64,000 nucleotides of DNA from Octopus vulgaris (lineage: Eukaryota). The notes beneath the pieces were generated by a model. The model searched no databases, had not been told where the DNA came from, and worked only from the letters and a program-made list of their open reading frames with translations. Below are positions 52,570-64,000 of this stretch, in pieces; within the stretch, counting starts at the first letter, position 1; the number at the start of each line of letters is the position of its first letter. The stretch covers positions 117,676,001 through 117,740,000 of the forward strand of contig OX597820.1 in NCBI GenBank assembly GCA_951406725.2. Direction: 5' to 3'. A program made the translations under genes and the position numbers.

Positions 52570-55003
52570 TTTTTAGTGTAATTTTTTTTTTTTTTTAACA
52601 CCCTTCCATGATTGTTGTAGGTGCAAGGTTTGCCTGTGTGGTGAGGACAATCACCACCGTTTGACATCTGGTGTTGGTGTATGTATGTAGCTTAGAAGTT
52701 CAGAAAGGCCAACTGATGGAATAGGCATCAGGTTCAAAAACCAGTAATTACAGGGTTTGCTTCGTTCAATTAAAATTCTGTGTTTGTTCTGATAATTAAA
52801 TATCAAGCATCGTTTTACTAAAATGTCAAGAGCAAGAACTCTGGAGCTTTGGAGAAGGTTAAGATTTTGGTGAAATGCAGTTAATTTGGCATGCTGTATC
52901 ATCATCATCATACATTTACTGCATGAGGTTTTGTTGTTCTTTAGGAATTTGCATTGTCAGTTTCACCTGCCCAGGTGTGCTGTCGAATATCGAAGCTTGT
53001 AGGTGTTTTCACTTACATTTTCAGGATCTCAATCTCTGGCTTGGGTTTCTTGTCTGGAAGCTGCACACCTGGCATCAGGAGAATCATTCCAAGATATGCC
53101 TTCAGTTCCTCCAGGTGTTTTGTATTGTCCAGCATATATGTGCATTTATCGTTTACTTGTTGCACCCATCAGGTTACGGTCATGCTGGTGCACTGTGTTA
53201 TGGAATATTTTTTGGTCTCCTGTGCAAATCCACTGTGTTACATTCTCTTTCCATCTACCAAATCCACTCGCATGGTGCACTCTGTCAGTCAGAATGTGGA
53301 ACAATGTGGTTGAGAAACGAGCTTCTTGTCTCACACCCATCCCTGCCCCTATTTCTACAGAAATGCTTGTTTTTTTTTCCCCCTCTCTATACTCATGGAA
53401 GCATCATCATCAACTGCCTGGATGCTCCGCCCCCGAGAAGTCCTAGTGTCATTTATACTGAAATGCCATTTTAAATGTTTCCTTGAAAACCATGCTCTCT
53501 TTCTATAAAAGTTACTGGTTTCCGATTTTGGCACAAGGCCGGCAATTTTGGGGAGGTTGGTCCTTGTTTTGTTGACCATGGCAGAATTTGAGCTCAGAAC
53601 GAAGAGACATTTAAGATGCCACTAAACGTCCACACCAGCTTCTGAACCAGCCACGCGTAAGATTGAAGGGTAATAAAAAAGAAAGATTCTTGATAAGAGG
53701 TTTCCATGTCAGCCACATGGTTGCAAGATCATTCGCACTGCATGACTGATTGGTTAAATACCATTAGAAAGGGTATCAGGCTGTAGGAGCTTTACCCAAT
53801 CAGATTGGAGCCTGGTGCAGTCAAACCATCCAACCCATGCCAGCATGGAAAGTGGACGTCTACGGATGATGACGATGTAGCAGTAGCCCAGTTTACAAGA
53901 TCATCAATTAGCATCCGCTTTCCATGCTGGCATGGGTTGGATGGCTTGCCTGGAACTGGTAAGCTGGAGAGCTGCACCTGGCTCCAGTCTGAATTTGGCT
54001 TGGTTTGTGTCACTATCATGGAAGCATCGTTTTCCAGTTATGTGGTCTTGGGTTCAGTCCCACAGCAGACCACCTTTTGTTGTAGTCCTCTGTTTAGAAA
54101 AACTTTGGCAGTGGATTTCGTAGGTGGAAAGTGAAGTGTTTGTGTGTGTGTGCAGAGCCTGGTCTTGAGAGGTTTTTGTTGTACATAAGCAATGTTGTTG
54201 TTTGTCTGTGGTGTTCCATGTAAAACATTGTCTGGTCCTTAGAAAATATTGCTTCCGTAAATTCCATCTCACACATGCAGGTACGGAAAAAGTGGACTTT
54301 AGATCGGTTGGGGGTTGGGCTTTGTCAGTTTTCTAATTGATGATATATCTTAGTTGTCATTCAGCACAGGTGGAGAGTTCGTGTTCAGGGTTCCACGTGT
54401 ATATACGCTGCACTTTAGGTCAATCCAGCAGTTGGGGAACTGGAACTCTGTTGGGTGTTGCTTCTGGGAACAATATTGGCTAAGTTGTCCAGCACTCCTC
54501 AAAGCCCTAAAACTCCTATACCAGGGCCTCACCACCAGGTCCAGTTTCAGGTCTTTCCCAGGACACTCCATACCTCAACAGCAGATTACAGCTGCAGCGT
54601 CTGCACTATCGGATGCAGTTGCTCTCCCAGTTGGGCATTTGTCAAATCTTCAGACCGGGTTTTTGGGCCACAAGCTGAAGTATGACTTTGGCTGCTGGAA
54701 TGGACAGGAATTCATCAGTCGGAACCAGCCCCCACCCTCCCCTTGTGAGTGCCACTGAAAGTACTGCAAAGTTATTTAGTAGCAAAGGACCATTTTCTGG
54801 GGAACACTTCCACAGTCGGTTATAAATATGCCTGAGACAAACAAATAAATGAAGTATTACGCTGCTCCTTATGGTGTTTCCCTGTTCGTCAGCTAATTAT
54901 AAATTAACCAGATTTCGTTGTCTCTCAATTGATAACTTGTAATCAAGAGTTCAATTCTACTTTTTGTCTTTGTGTGTCTCTTGTACCCTGAAAGGATTAC
55001 CAT

Positions 55004-55131
55004 GCACTATTCATATGCTCAATCAAAGGGACACTGTTTTGGTTGATGGGGGGGTAGTGCCACAGAAAATTGGAATTTTTCTATAATGCAATCATCTAAG
55101 TGGTGCCTGTCGCATAAAATTCCAGACAAAT
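55004..55131 (+). ncRNA. Box H/ACA snoRNA-like gene, copy B3 (different pocket)
   Basis: Lower stem GCACTATTC/GGGTAGTGC, same upper stem, H box ACAGAA, ACA at 55126-55128. Confidence 0.65.
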
Positions 55132-55526
55132 TTTAAGTGTAAATGATTTTTTTTTTTTTTTAACACCCTTCCATGATTGTTTTGGGTGCACTGTTTGCCT
55201 GTGTGGTGAGGACAATCACCACCATTTGACATCTGGTGTTGGTGTATGTATGTAGCTTAGAAGTTCAGAAAGGCCAACTGATGGAATAGGCATCAGGTTC
55301 AAAAACCAGTAATTACAGGGTTTGCTTCATTCAATTAAAATTCTGTGTTTGTGCTGATAATTAAATATCAAACGTTGTTTTACTAAAGTGTCAAGAGCAG
55401 GAACTCTGGAGCTTCCGGGTGAGTGTCTGGTCAATGCAAATGTGATTTGTTGTTCAGAGTGTTCCTTCTGCAAAGTATAATCTACGAATATGTTTTGTTT
55501 ATTATTTGTAAATATTTTCATTGTAG

Positions 55527-55674
55527 GAAAACAAGAATTCCAGGCACCAAAACTGCAGGTCACATTCGTATAATATGGGGCAAAGTCACCCGTCCCCATG
55601 GAAATAGTGGTGCTGTACGTGCGAAATTTAAGAAGAATCTACCTGCTACCGCTATTGGAAGACGCATCCGAGTT
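55527..55674 (+). CDS. RPL35A: RPL35A coding exon 3
   Basis: ttgtag|...|gtaagt. [49 protein letters not shown]. Confidence 0.97.
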
Positions 55675-56763
55675 GTAAGTGAAGAATGTTTTATATGTTG
55701 CTATTCTTGGCATTAGTTGATTTGGAGATGCTTGAAAGAGGAGCAGGTTCTGAAATTTTGGTGGGGGCTGAACAAGATGTGTACAAAGATTATTGAGAGT
55801 TAGGCGTAGGAGCGGCTGTGTGGTAAGTAGTTTGCTTACGAACCACATGGTTCCGGGTTCAGTCCCACTGCGTGGCATCTTGGGCAAGTGTCTTCTGCTA
55901 TAGCCCCGGGCTGACCAATGCCTTGTGAGTGGATTTGGTAGACGGAAACTGAAAGAAGCCTGTCGTGTATATGTATATATATATGTGTGTGTGCGTGTTT
56001 GTCCCCCTAGCATTGCTTGACAACCGGTACTGCTATGTTTATGTCCCCGTCACTTAGCGGTTTGGCAAAAGAGACCAATAGAATGAGTACTGGGCTTGCA
56101 AAGAATAAGTCCCAGGGTCGTTTTGCTCGACTAAAGGCGGTGCTCCAGCATGGCCGCAGTCATGACTGAAACAAGTGAGAGAGAGAGAGAGTTCCTGAGT
56201 TTAGCATGAAGGGTCGGTCCTCAGCCCTGTCCCTCATCAGTCCAATGTGCCATCACAGTGGAGTTAAACACTGGATGTGTGAGGGGAAGTATATATCAAT
56301 TGTTTGGGAGTGACACTACTTCACACGTCTCTCCTCATCCATCCGTATTACATGACCATGCCTGCGTGAACGTCTCTCTAGCACGCCACATTCTTTATGT
56401 CCAGCATTTAATGGATAGGTGATGGCCAGTTTAAATGCTATGGGGTTACAGGTTCTGTCTGGTTCCTAGTAACAACCATTCATTAATGCACTCAAATAGA
56501 AATTGTAGTAGTGGACGATGCCCATGCCACTTGACTGGCTCCCTGTGCTGGCGGCACATAAAAAACACCATCCGAACGTAGTTGATACCATCATGGAAAA
56601 AATGGGTGTTAAACATTTGTGTGGTCCTAAAAGTTAATAGGGCCCACTTGACATTCTTGTGTTTGATTTGTCCCCTCTCACAGTCACCATGTAATTATTA
56701 CCCATAAGTAAAATATTTTCTTTGGGATGTTTCAATTTGTTCTTTTTTTTTTGTTTCTTTCAG

Positions 56764-56787
56764 ATGTTGTATCCATCAAGAATCTAA
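56764..56787 (+). CDS. RPL35A: RPL35A last coding exon (MLYPSRI*)
   Basis: tttcag|ATGTTGTATCCATCAAGAATCTAA; AATAAA at 56799-56804. Total CDS 399 nt. Confidence 0.95.
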   Translation: MLYPSRI

Positions 56788-57059
56788 AGACATGTAAAAA
56801 TAAAATGTTTTCCAATCTATCTCTTCTTTTCTTGTTTCTTCTTGGCACTAAAATGCCTGTGATGAAAGCAGGTATCCCAGGTTTCTGGTTTTCTTCATCT
56901 TTATTTCATCAAAAATAAAAGTCCTGATTTGTTTGGGGCTGATAATCACATCTTTTATCCATCTCAGTGCCGGTATTGCTGCCGGTCTCTCTCTTCCATT
57001 TAGTGTCCCTCATCATTATCATGATAGTTTTCTGTAACAGAACCATTGTTTGGTTTTCT

Positions 57060-58020
57060 GCAGGTTGATATGAAAAGCATAAAGTCCAACTTAATGGTTC
57101 GCTGTCCGACGTCTCCAGTGCGAGCAGTGGTGTGCTTGGGCCCTTATTGTTCTTAGGCTTCGTAAATGACTTGCCCGACGACCTCGTGCAACAGACCCTT
57201 CTATTTGCCGATGATGTCAAACTGGTCTCTCCTCACGGTGATGTAGATGTTCTTCATCGATGCCTCCACCAAGTTTGGAGATGGTTTAACGAATGGGACC
57301 AGTGTCTGAACATGTCAAAGTGCTGTCGGCTCTACTCCTGCAACTCCACTTGATTTCGAGTCGGGTCATCTGCTGCTAGAGAGGACCGACCAGGTAAAGG
57401 ACCTGAGTATCTTCGTGGATTCTTCCTTTTCGCCTTTGGCCCAGTGCGTCCATGCTGCCAACAAACCACATGGAGTTCTGTTTCAGATTCAACGGTCTTT
57501 CGGAATGCTAACAGCAGCCATATTCCTACCGCTCTGTCCCGCTGGTGAGACCCCATATTGGAGTGCGGGATTCAAGCCTCTTCTCCTTATCTCCTCAAAG
57601 ACATCTGGCTACCTGCATGGTTCTTGGTCTCAAGCATTTGTCTTACAAAGAAAGGCTGAAGGCACTCGACCTTTATTCTCTAGAAAAACGACAACGCCGT
57701 GGTGATCTCATTGTTGCTCACAACATCACAACCGGAGAGTGTGACCTCCCGAAATAGCTGTTCTTCACTCCTGCTCCAGAGCGTCGGCTGCGGGGTCACT
57801 CTGAAAAGCTCTATGTGCGACGATTTCATCTCAATCGAAGGAGAGGTGCTTTCTCTGTCCGGGTTGCGGATCCGTGGAATAAGCTGCCGGTAGAGATGGT
57901 GAAGATGCCGACAACTGCTCGGTTCAAAGTCTCTTGACCCGAAATGGCATGAACACCACCCTGTACGTAACTGCATGTCACCCTACATGGCCTTGCTTCT
58001 TGAGCCAAGATATTAAATTA
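57060..58020 (+). mobile_element. CR1/L2-like LINE 3' RT fragment
   Basis: VLGPLLFLGFVNDLP..LLFADDVKL; LSYKERLKALDLYSLEKRQRRGDLI. Confidence 0.85.
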
Positions 58021-58442
58021 ACTTGTGCATGAAAGATCTCTGTCATCAAATCTAGGACAAGGGAGTTGACTCGGTTTTCGTGACTACAATATTGGGGCAG
58101 ATGCAAGTTCTTTGGCATCTTTGAGCATTTCGTTGCTTTTAGAACCCTGCGCATATTACACTAGGTTATGCAAAGACAGAATGGCAACCCTTAATGTTAG
58201 ATTGTGGTTTAATATTAGTTTCCGGCATGGATAAAGTGAATGTTAGGGTAGGTATGAGAAGCAAGGTTTAGCCACTTTGATCAAAACGGTTTTCTCAAAG
58301 TTGAAATATTTTGTATTCAGTCACTCCCTTTCAATAAGAGAATTGTTCATAGAGATAGTTGGAAGTTTTATTTTGGGACATATTTTAAAGTTAAAATTTC
58401 TCATCTCGACTGTGTGCTGTTTCAGAGCCTTTTGGGGATTAA

Positions 58443-59494
58443 CCCTTTCTTTACTAACCCGACCGAAAAGTTTTTTGGTTCATAATACCAACCCGGCCGA
58501 GAGAACCTATTATTTAAATGTAAATTTGAACCCAAATTTCGTTGGTATATTCATTAAAACATGTGATTTCACTTTGTAAATAGTTGGGTTAGGGTTAGTA
58601 ACGACATTGCTTGAAGTGATATCTCAACTGAATTTTGGGAGATTTTTTTCAGCATCGATTTTTCTTCAACTTTAAAAGGGATAGGAGCTTCATGTTATCA
58701 AGAATTGATTTCGAATTTAAAGCTTTTTCAACGGAAAATAGGGAGATATGAAATGGGTACAAAATATTGAATAGGATATTTTTTTATCCGAAAGCAGTGA
58801 TTCCAAAGAGCAAAGACGATTTTACATTGGAATGAAGTAAAAAGCTTTAAAAATGTTTTTACTAGCAATTTTTCTGAGGAGATCTATAGTCTTTCTTAGG
58901 AAGCGAAACCATTAGACTTTCACTTTATTTCAGTATGCTTGTTTGGAGCGATCACTGTGGAAGCCAAACTATTTCGCAGACTGTAAACAAACACAAAATG
59001 GGGGATCAAAGTTCGGAAAGTTTGTGAATCAAATACTGGGTACTGCGTGGATTTAGTTTTTATACAGGGAAACTAATGTTAGCGTGGTCTGGAATTTATC
59101 ACTTCCATACCATAACCAAGGCCGTATATTATTTTTTGACCGATTTCTTTAGTTCGGTCAAACTTGCAGTGGATTTCAGTTTATTCCACCTTTATGGTAC
59201 ACCTGTTGTGCATTAAATTCAGCTGATCTAGTGATGTGCACAATTCTTCTTTATCAAAATTTTGTTGCATACCCATTTGAATATTAGCTGATGATTCATT
59301 TTCTATGATGTTTAAACAAAATTTTAATATTTTTACCTGTAATTAAAGTCAAGTTATGCAATAGAATTGATTAAGAACCCTTTCTTTAATCATGTTCCAA
59401 ATATCACATTAAAATGCTGATAAGTAAAAAGGTTACAGTTATTTAATTGAAACTCATGAGGGGTGTATTTTGGTCAAATATAGTAACGGAAGGG
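58443..59494. mobile_element. Internally deleted piggyBac element
   Basis: TTAA|CCCTTTC...GGAAGGG|TTAA with a GIKVRKVCESNTGYC remnant. Shorter TTAA/CCCTT MITEs at ~12655-13278, 42635-42843 and 60057-60274. Confidence 0.75.
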
Positions 59495-61364
59495 TTAAAG
59501 AGGTAACCACATCCATTTATAGGAGATATGCCTATTAAATGAAATAGTTGTTTTTCAATACTTTTATTGTATTGTTTAACCCTTCAGTTACTGTATTATT
59601 TTGAGGTGTTCTGTGTTTCTTTCAATTTCAAATATAAAGAATTTAGTAAAGTTATTTCAGCTAGTGCTAGGAACAAATTGTGACTAAGGTTTGGTGGCAG
59701 GTGTTAACGAGTCCTGAATTCTGGCCCACCTTGTATGTACACAAACACTTGTCACAACTCAGACCAGCCAGGAGTGTTGCCACATGTGGTAGAAGGTCCA
59801 TGGTGAAAGGATTGTCTGCCATGTCCCGGCTAACAATTATGTAATGAGATGAGACTAACGTACAGACAGGCTTCATTCAGTTTCCCCAAAACCACTCACT
59901 ATCATTAGCTTAACCCTTTAGCATTCCGATTATTCTGTCTAATGCTTATCTATTCATTGTTTGGAATTGATTATCCATTATGTCATCTTTGAAATTTTGT
60001 GCTATAGTATATTTTTAGAATGACTCTCAGGTAACTGAGGTCAGATTCGGTTAGTTTAACCCTTTAGTGTTCGCATTATTCTGCCAAAATTTATGCTTTT
60101 TCATCCACATTGTTTTGAACTAATCATGCATTATCTTGTAGTGATGAGATTTTGATGAGGAAGCTGTTAATTTCTAAAACGATATTGTAGGGTTTGTGTG
60201 AGAGACCAGATCTGGCCAGTTTGCACATAAAACAGGCAGAATAGTCTTGGCCGGTTTAAATACTAAAGGGTTAAAGAATAGAGGGGTGTTGGGGTAGAAA
60301 GTCGAAAATGCAGTGGAACAAAGGCTCATTAGTTTGGAAACGAAGTTGTTAATGACACAACCAGGAAAGGATGAAATAATAATCTATAAGCACAGGGCCT
60401 GAAATTTGGGGGAGTGGATAGGATAGTCAATTGCATCGACCCCAGGGTTTCTGTTGATCTTGGCAAAATTTGAACTGATGGTAGTAACGAGCAAAATACC
60501 ACTGAGCATCTCTGCCAGCTTGCTGTTAACATATTCAAGGTAGTCACCCTAACCACCACAACAAAGGAGCCAAAGATGTTCATGAGGTTACTCAATGCCA
60601 GAAATAGCAGCTTAAAACAAAGAGAAAGGAAAACTTGGTCATTAACCTGATCAATCGCAGTTCAATAACATTAAAAACAAGTTCTGAATTTTTTATTTTC
60701 TTTTTTTATTAAATAAATGAAAAGTCAATTAGTTTACAATTAAAATTTTTTTTGTTCTTTTTCCCCCCAAGGAACATTTCTTGAAAAAACATTCTTGATT
60801 GAATGTAACAATATGCTCCATGTAAATGCTTGAATATATGTAGTTATACCTATGTGTATATATATACACACATGCTTATACAGATGTATGGGTGTTAATG
60901 TTGTGTTCGTAGCTCTACGTAAAGTTTCATAAACCAACCTGCTGTATAGCAGTTAATTAACTTCTATACAGAGGAGGTAATTATCAGTTTACGAGCAACA
61001 GAGCAGATGAAAGAATAAGGGTGAAACGGAAGTTTATATTAAAAGGGACATAGTTATTCTTAACTTGGTATAATGGGGTTTCCTGAGGATTCGTTGTTGT
61101 TGAGCATCTGAAATGCATTTGGAACATCCATTGCCAAACTCGAAACTACCATGCAAAGGAACTTGCTTTCAACCTTATCTTTCGTGTGTATAGATAGATG
61201 TATGTATGACACACCCACACATATATCCAACTTGCATATATACATGAGATTTATTGAATGTGAGAAACATGCGTAATTATTCCAACATGACCCCTTATAT
61301 ACATACATGCTTACATAGCGACCCAGTCCGCAGCTAAGAAAGAGCAGGACCGGCAGTTCTCCCT

Positions 61365-61538
61365 TTAACCGCTGCACATCAAACATTCCTCTCTGTTGTT
61401 AATCGAACAGGCAATGGCGGCTTCGTTTTGTTCTTGAGTTTTCTTGACTGGTGTGGTGAGTTTCGTTTTATCAACAGTGAATTGAATGGCATTCACTGCC
61501 GGCTTGGTCCGTAAGTAGTACATTCCTGTCTTTAAGCC
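61365..61538 (-). CDS. RRM1: Ribonucleoside-diphosphate reductase large subunit, last exon
   Basis: aaccag|[24 protein letters not shown]...[10 protein letters not shown] with C-terminal CxxC. Candidate AATAAA(-) near 60705. Confidence 0.96.
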   Translation of the reverse strand, partial: GLKTGMYYLRTKPAVNAIQFTVDKTKLTTPVKKTQEQNEAAIACSINNREECLMCSG

Positions 61539-62223
61539 CTGGTTATTAAGAAATAAAGGTTTATTCATTATGTTATCAGTCTTTTAAAGAATGGTTCGAT
61601 TATTCAACATTCTCATTACTTTATCAAATGTATATTTAGGAAGGGCATCCAGCCGTAGAAACACTGCCAGATCAGACTGGGCCTGATGCAGCCTTCTGGC
61701 TTCACAGACCCCAGTTGAACCGTCCAACCCATGCTAGCATGGAAAGCGGACACTAAATGATGATGATATTTATTCACATTTTATACATTAAATCTTGTAT
61801 TATTTGATAGCTTTGAGACCTCGAAGCTGTGATCATTCAGTTTTAGTGTGACACTGTAGGGTAGGTGTGATAAGCCAGAGGTGGCCAGTTTAAACTCTAA
61901 GTGATTAATCTAAAGACTGAACAGTTATAGAATCCGGCAACCATTCCTGCTAATGGTAGCATTTTGAAACCAGGACACTTACGAGTTACAACCTACCTGG
62001 ACTCTTGAGTGTCACACCAAAACACCTGTTCAATGGCAGTTGTTCGGAAGGTACCCCTTGCTGTTCTCTCACCCTGTAGCAAGACTCGATGCCAGGAAGT
62101 GGTCAGAATACTCTCAGATATAATGCTTATCCATTTACATGGTTTTAAATTAATCATGCATAGCTTTGAGAATGATGTTTATAAAATTGAATGAAACGAG
62201 AAACAGGAAACAAGAACACTTAC

Positions 62224-62409
62224 CATTTTCCATGCATAGAAGTGCATGCTGGTTAATTTTCCATAGTTTGGTTCCGCAATATGTAAATTCAGGGACTGAC
62301 TTTGATCGATATAAATTCCTCGGTCAGCTGCCATTTTGATCACAATTTTCTGGGAGATTTCCCAAACAGTTTTGTAGAGTTTTTTAAGGTCATCAGGAAC
62401 ATCCATGGA
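62224..62409 (-). CDS. RRM1: RRM1 penultimate exon
   Basis: tcttag|[21 protein letters not shown]...[29 protein letters not shown]|gtaagt; 186 nt, phase 0/0. Confidence 0.96.
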
Positions 62410-64000
62410 CTAAGACAGAGGAAAATGGTGATTTAGAAATACAATCAGAAATAGAGATATCAATTCTTAAAACAGCTGAGGATTTAGTTAGTTAATTTTT
62501 TGGCTCAAAAGCAAAAAGCAAGGCCATGTAGGGGGACATGGAGTTAAGTACAGGGTGGTGTTCATGTAAAGAGTTCAGGCCACTTAAGGTCAAGGGAGAC
62601 TTTGAACAAAGCGGTCGTCGGCATTTATTTCTACTGGGCAGAAGGATTTACAACATGATGGTCAGTACTTTGTTACTGGGCATTAATCTTGAGCTCAAGA
62701 GGATTATATTTATTTGGGGCTTCTTCGGTTATGTGTTCCAGTTGATCTGATCAACAGAAGAGCCTGCTTGCGGAAGTGGTCGAGTACTCCACAGACACAC
62801 ACCCTCAACGTACTTCTCAGAGGTTCAGCTGGACGCAGAAGGTGACAAGATGGCTATTTTGAAATACAGATACGACTCACTTTTGCAAACTGGAGCAATG
62901 AGAAATAAAGTGTCTTGCTCAAGGACACAAGGCACTGCTGGGAATTGAACTCATGACCTTATGATTATGATCCAACTACCCTAACCACTAAGCCATGCTC
63001 CTTCAAAGGAGGAGGACAGATTCATATTAACTTCAGTGTAAGGGTTTGCACTGAGAATGTAACTGAATACACAGCAACCTGTTTGGGCTCTCCCAATACA
63101 GGAGACCTTCATAATCAATAATTTCTAATTAATGGCACAAAGTCACCAATTTGAGGAGGAAGGAAGCAAGTTAATTACATCGCTGCCCACCCCAGTACTT
63201 GTCCGTTACTTTCTTTTATTGACCCCAAAAGGATGAAAGCTAAAGCCAGGAGAAATGCAGCTAAAGATTCTGCCAGTTGCCATGAGAATTCTTTAAACAC
63301 ACCAGCATCGGTTGTCAAGCAATGTTGGGGAGACAAACACATATGCATACATATTATAAATATATATATATATATATAGTAGAAATATGTTACGAAAAGA
63401 AAATATAAAATACACGTGGAAATGTAAGGGTAAAATATGAAAAATCAACGAAAATGCATATTGCAAATAAAAAAAGGCTATTTATGACAGGTAACGACAA
63501 ATATATACATTTAGATGGACTGAGGTAGTAATACGAGTCATAAAGGTCATTATTATGAGATGATAATAAAGTAAGAGAACAAAACGAACCAATAGTTTAC
63601 GCGAAGGCTATTCATCGTTTTTGAATATATATATATATACACACACACACACACGACAGCCTTCTTTCAGTTTCTGTCTACTAAATCCGCTCACAAGGCT
63701 TTGGTTGGCCAGAAGCTATAGCAGAAGACACCAGCCCAAGGTGCCATGCAGTGGGACTGAACCCAGAAGCGTGTGGTTGGTAAGCAAGCTTCTTACCACA
63801 CAGTCACTCAAGAATGGTTTAAAAACACAATGCATCTCTTTCCATCATCCTTTGAAATTCTCAATTCAAATTTTGTCGAGGTGACTTCCCCCCTTTTCTT
63901 TGCTTAAATATCCTGCACTTTGTGAACCAAACTGTGATTGGTTATAGGTTTTCAGTGGGACAGTCACTGGTTTGCAATATTTCCTATTTTGTGAGGAACA

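Larger units (their letters stand above)
48623..55414. repeat. Three-copy ~2.1-kb tandem duplication in RPL35A intron 3
   Basis: Units start at 48623, 50742 and 52848 (TTTGGAGAAGGTT.AGATTTTG). Unit 3 has different sequence at ~53760-54480. Confidence 0.95.

Noticed and set aside
48752-54758. Repeated ORFs in the 2.1-kb units as a gene family
   Set aside because: Frames are not preserved between copies (stops and indels) and parts are decayed SINE sequence.
46329-55131. Specific rRNA/U2 target assignments for the H/ACA pockets
   Set aside because: Partial matches recalled (28S GACUGAA, U2 UAAUAU, 18S 5' end) did not satisfy both guide strands; this needs a real search.

Overview
AT-rich, microsatellite- and SINE-dense animal genomic DNA. 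The repeat families look cephalopod (Octopus-like); this is inferred, not proven. Three spliced genes can be built by hand. (1) IQCG/DRC9 on the minus strand, exons 41779-41724, 23314-23185 and 1967-1723, continuing out of the window. (2) RPL35A on the plus strand, with a 5'TOP non-coding exon at ~41895-41919 and four coding exons ending at 56787 (132 aa). IQCG and RPL35A sit head-to-head on a ~100-bp bidirectional promoter with an RFX X-box, the same gene pairing as at human 3q29. (3) The last two exons of RRM1 on the minus strand. The most notable hidden structure is a family of five box H/ACA snoRNA-like genes in the RPL35A introns. Three of them ride in a 3x ~2.1-kb tandem duplication and one was pasted into a piggyBac fossil; their scaffold is conserved but the 5' pseudouridylation pocket is rewritten between copies. 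Also present: a full-length U6 snRNA pseudogene inside a fold-back built from its own 3' end, four minimal hammerhead-ribozyme motifs tied to Penelope-like elements, Tc1/piggyBac/Helitron/RTE/CR1 fossils, and many palindromic MITEs. Most ORFs in the supplied track are artefacts of repeats. All family assignments are from recalled sequences and motifs, not database searches.
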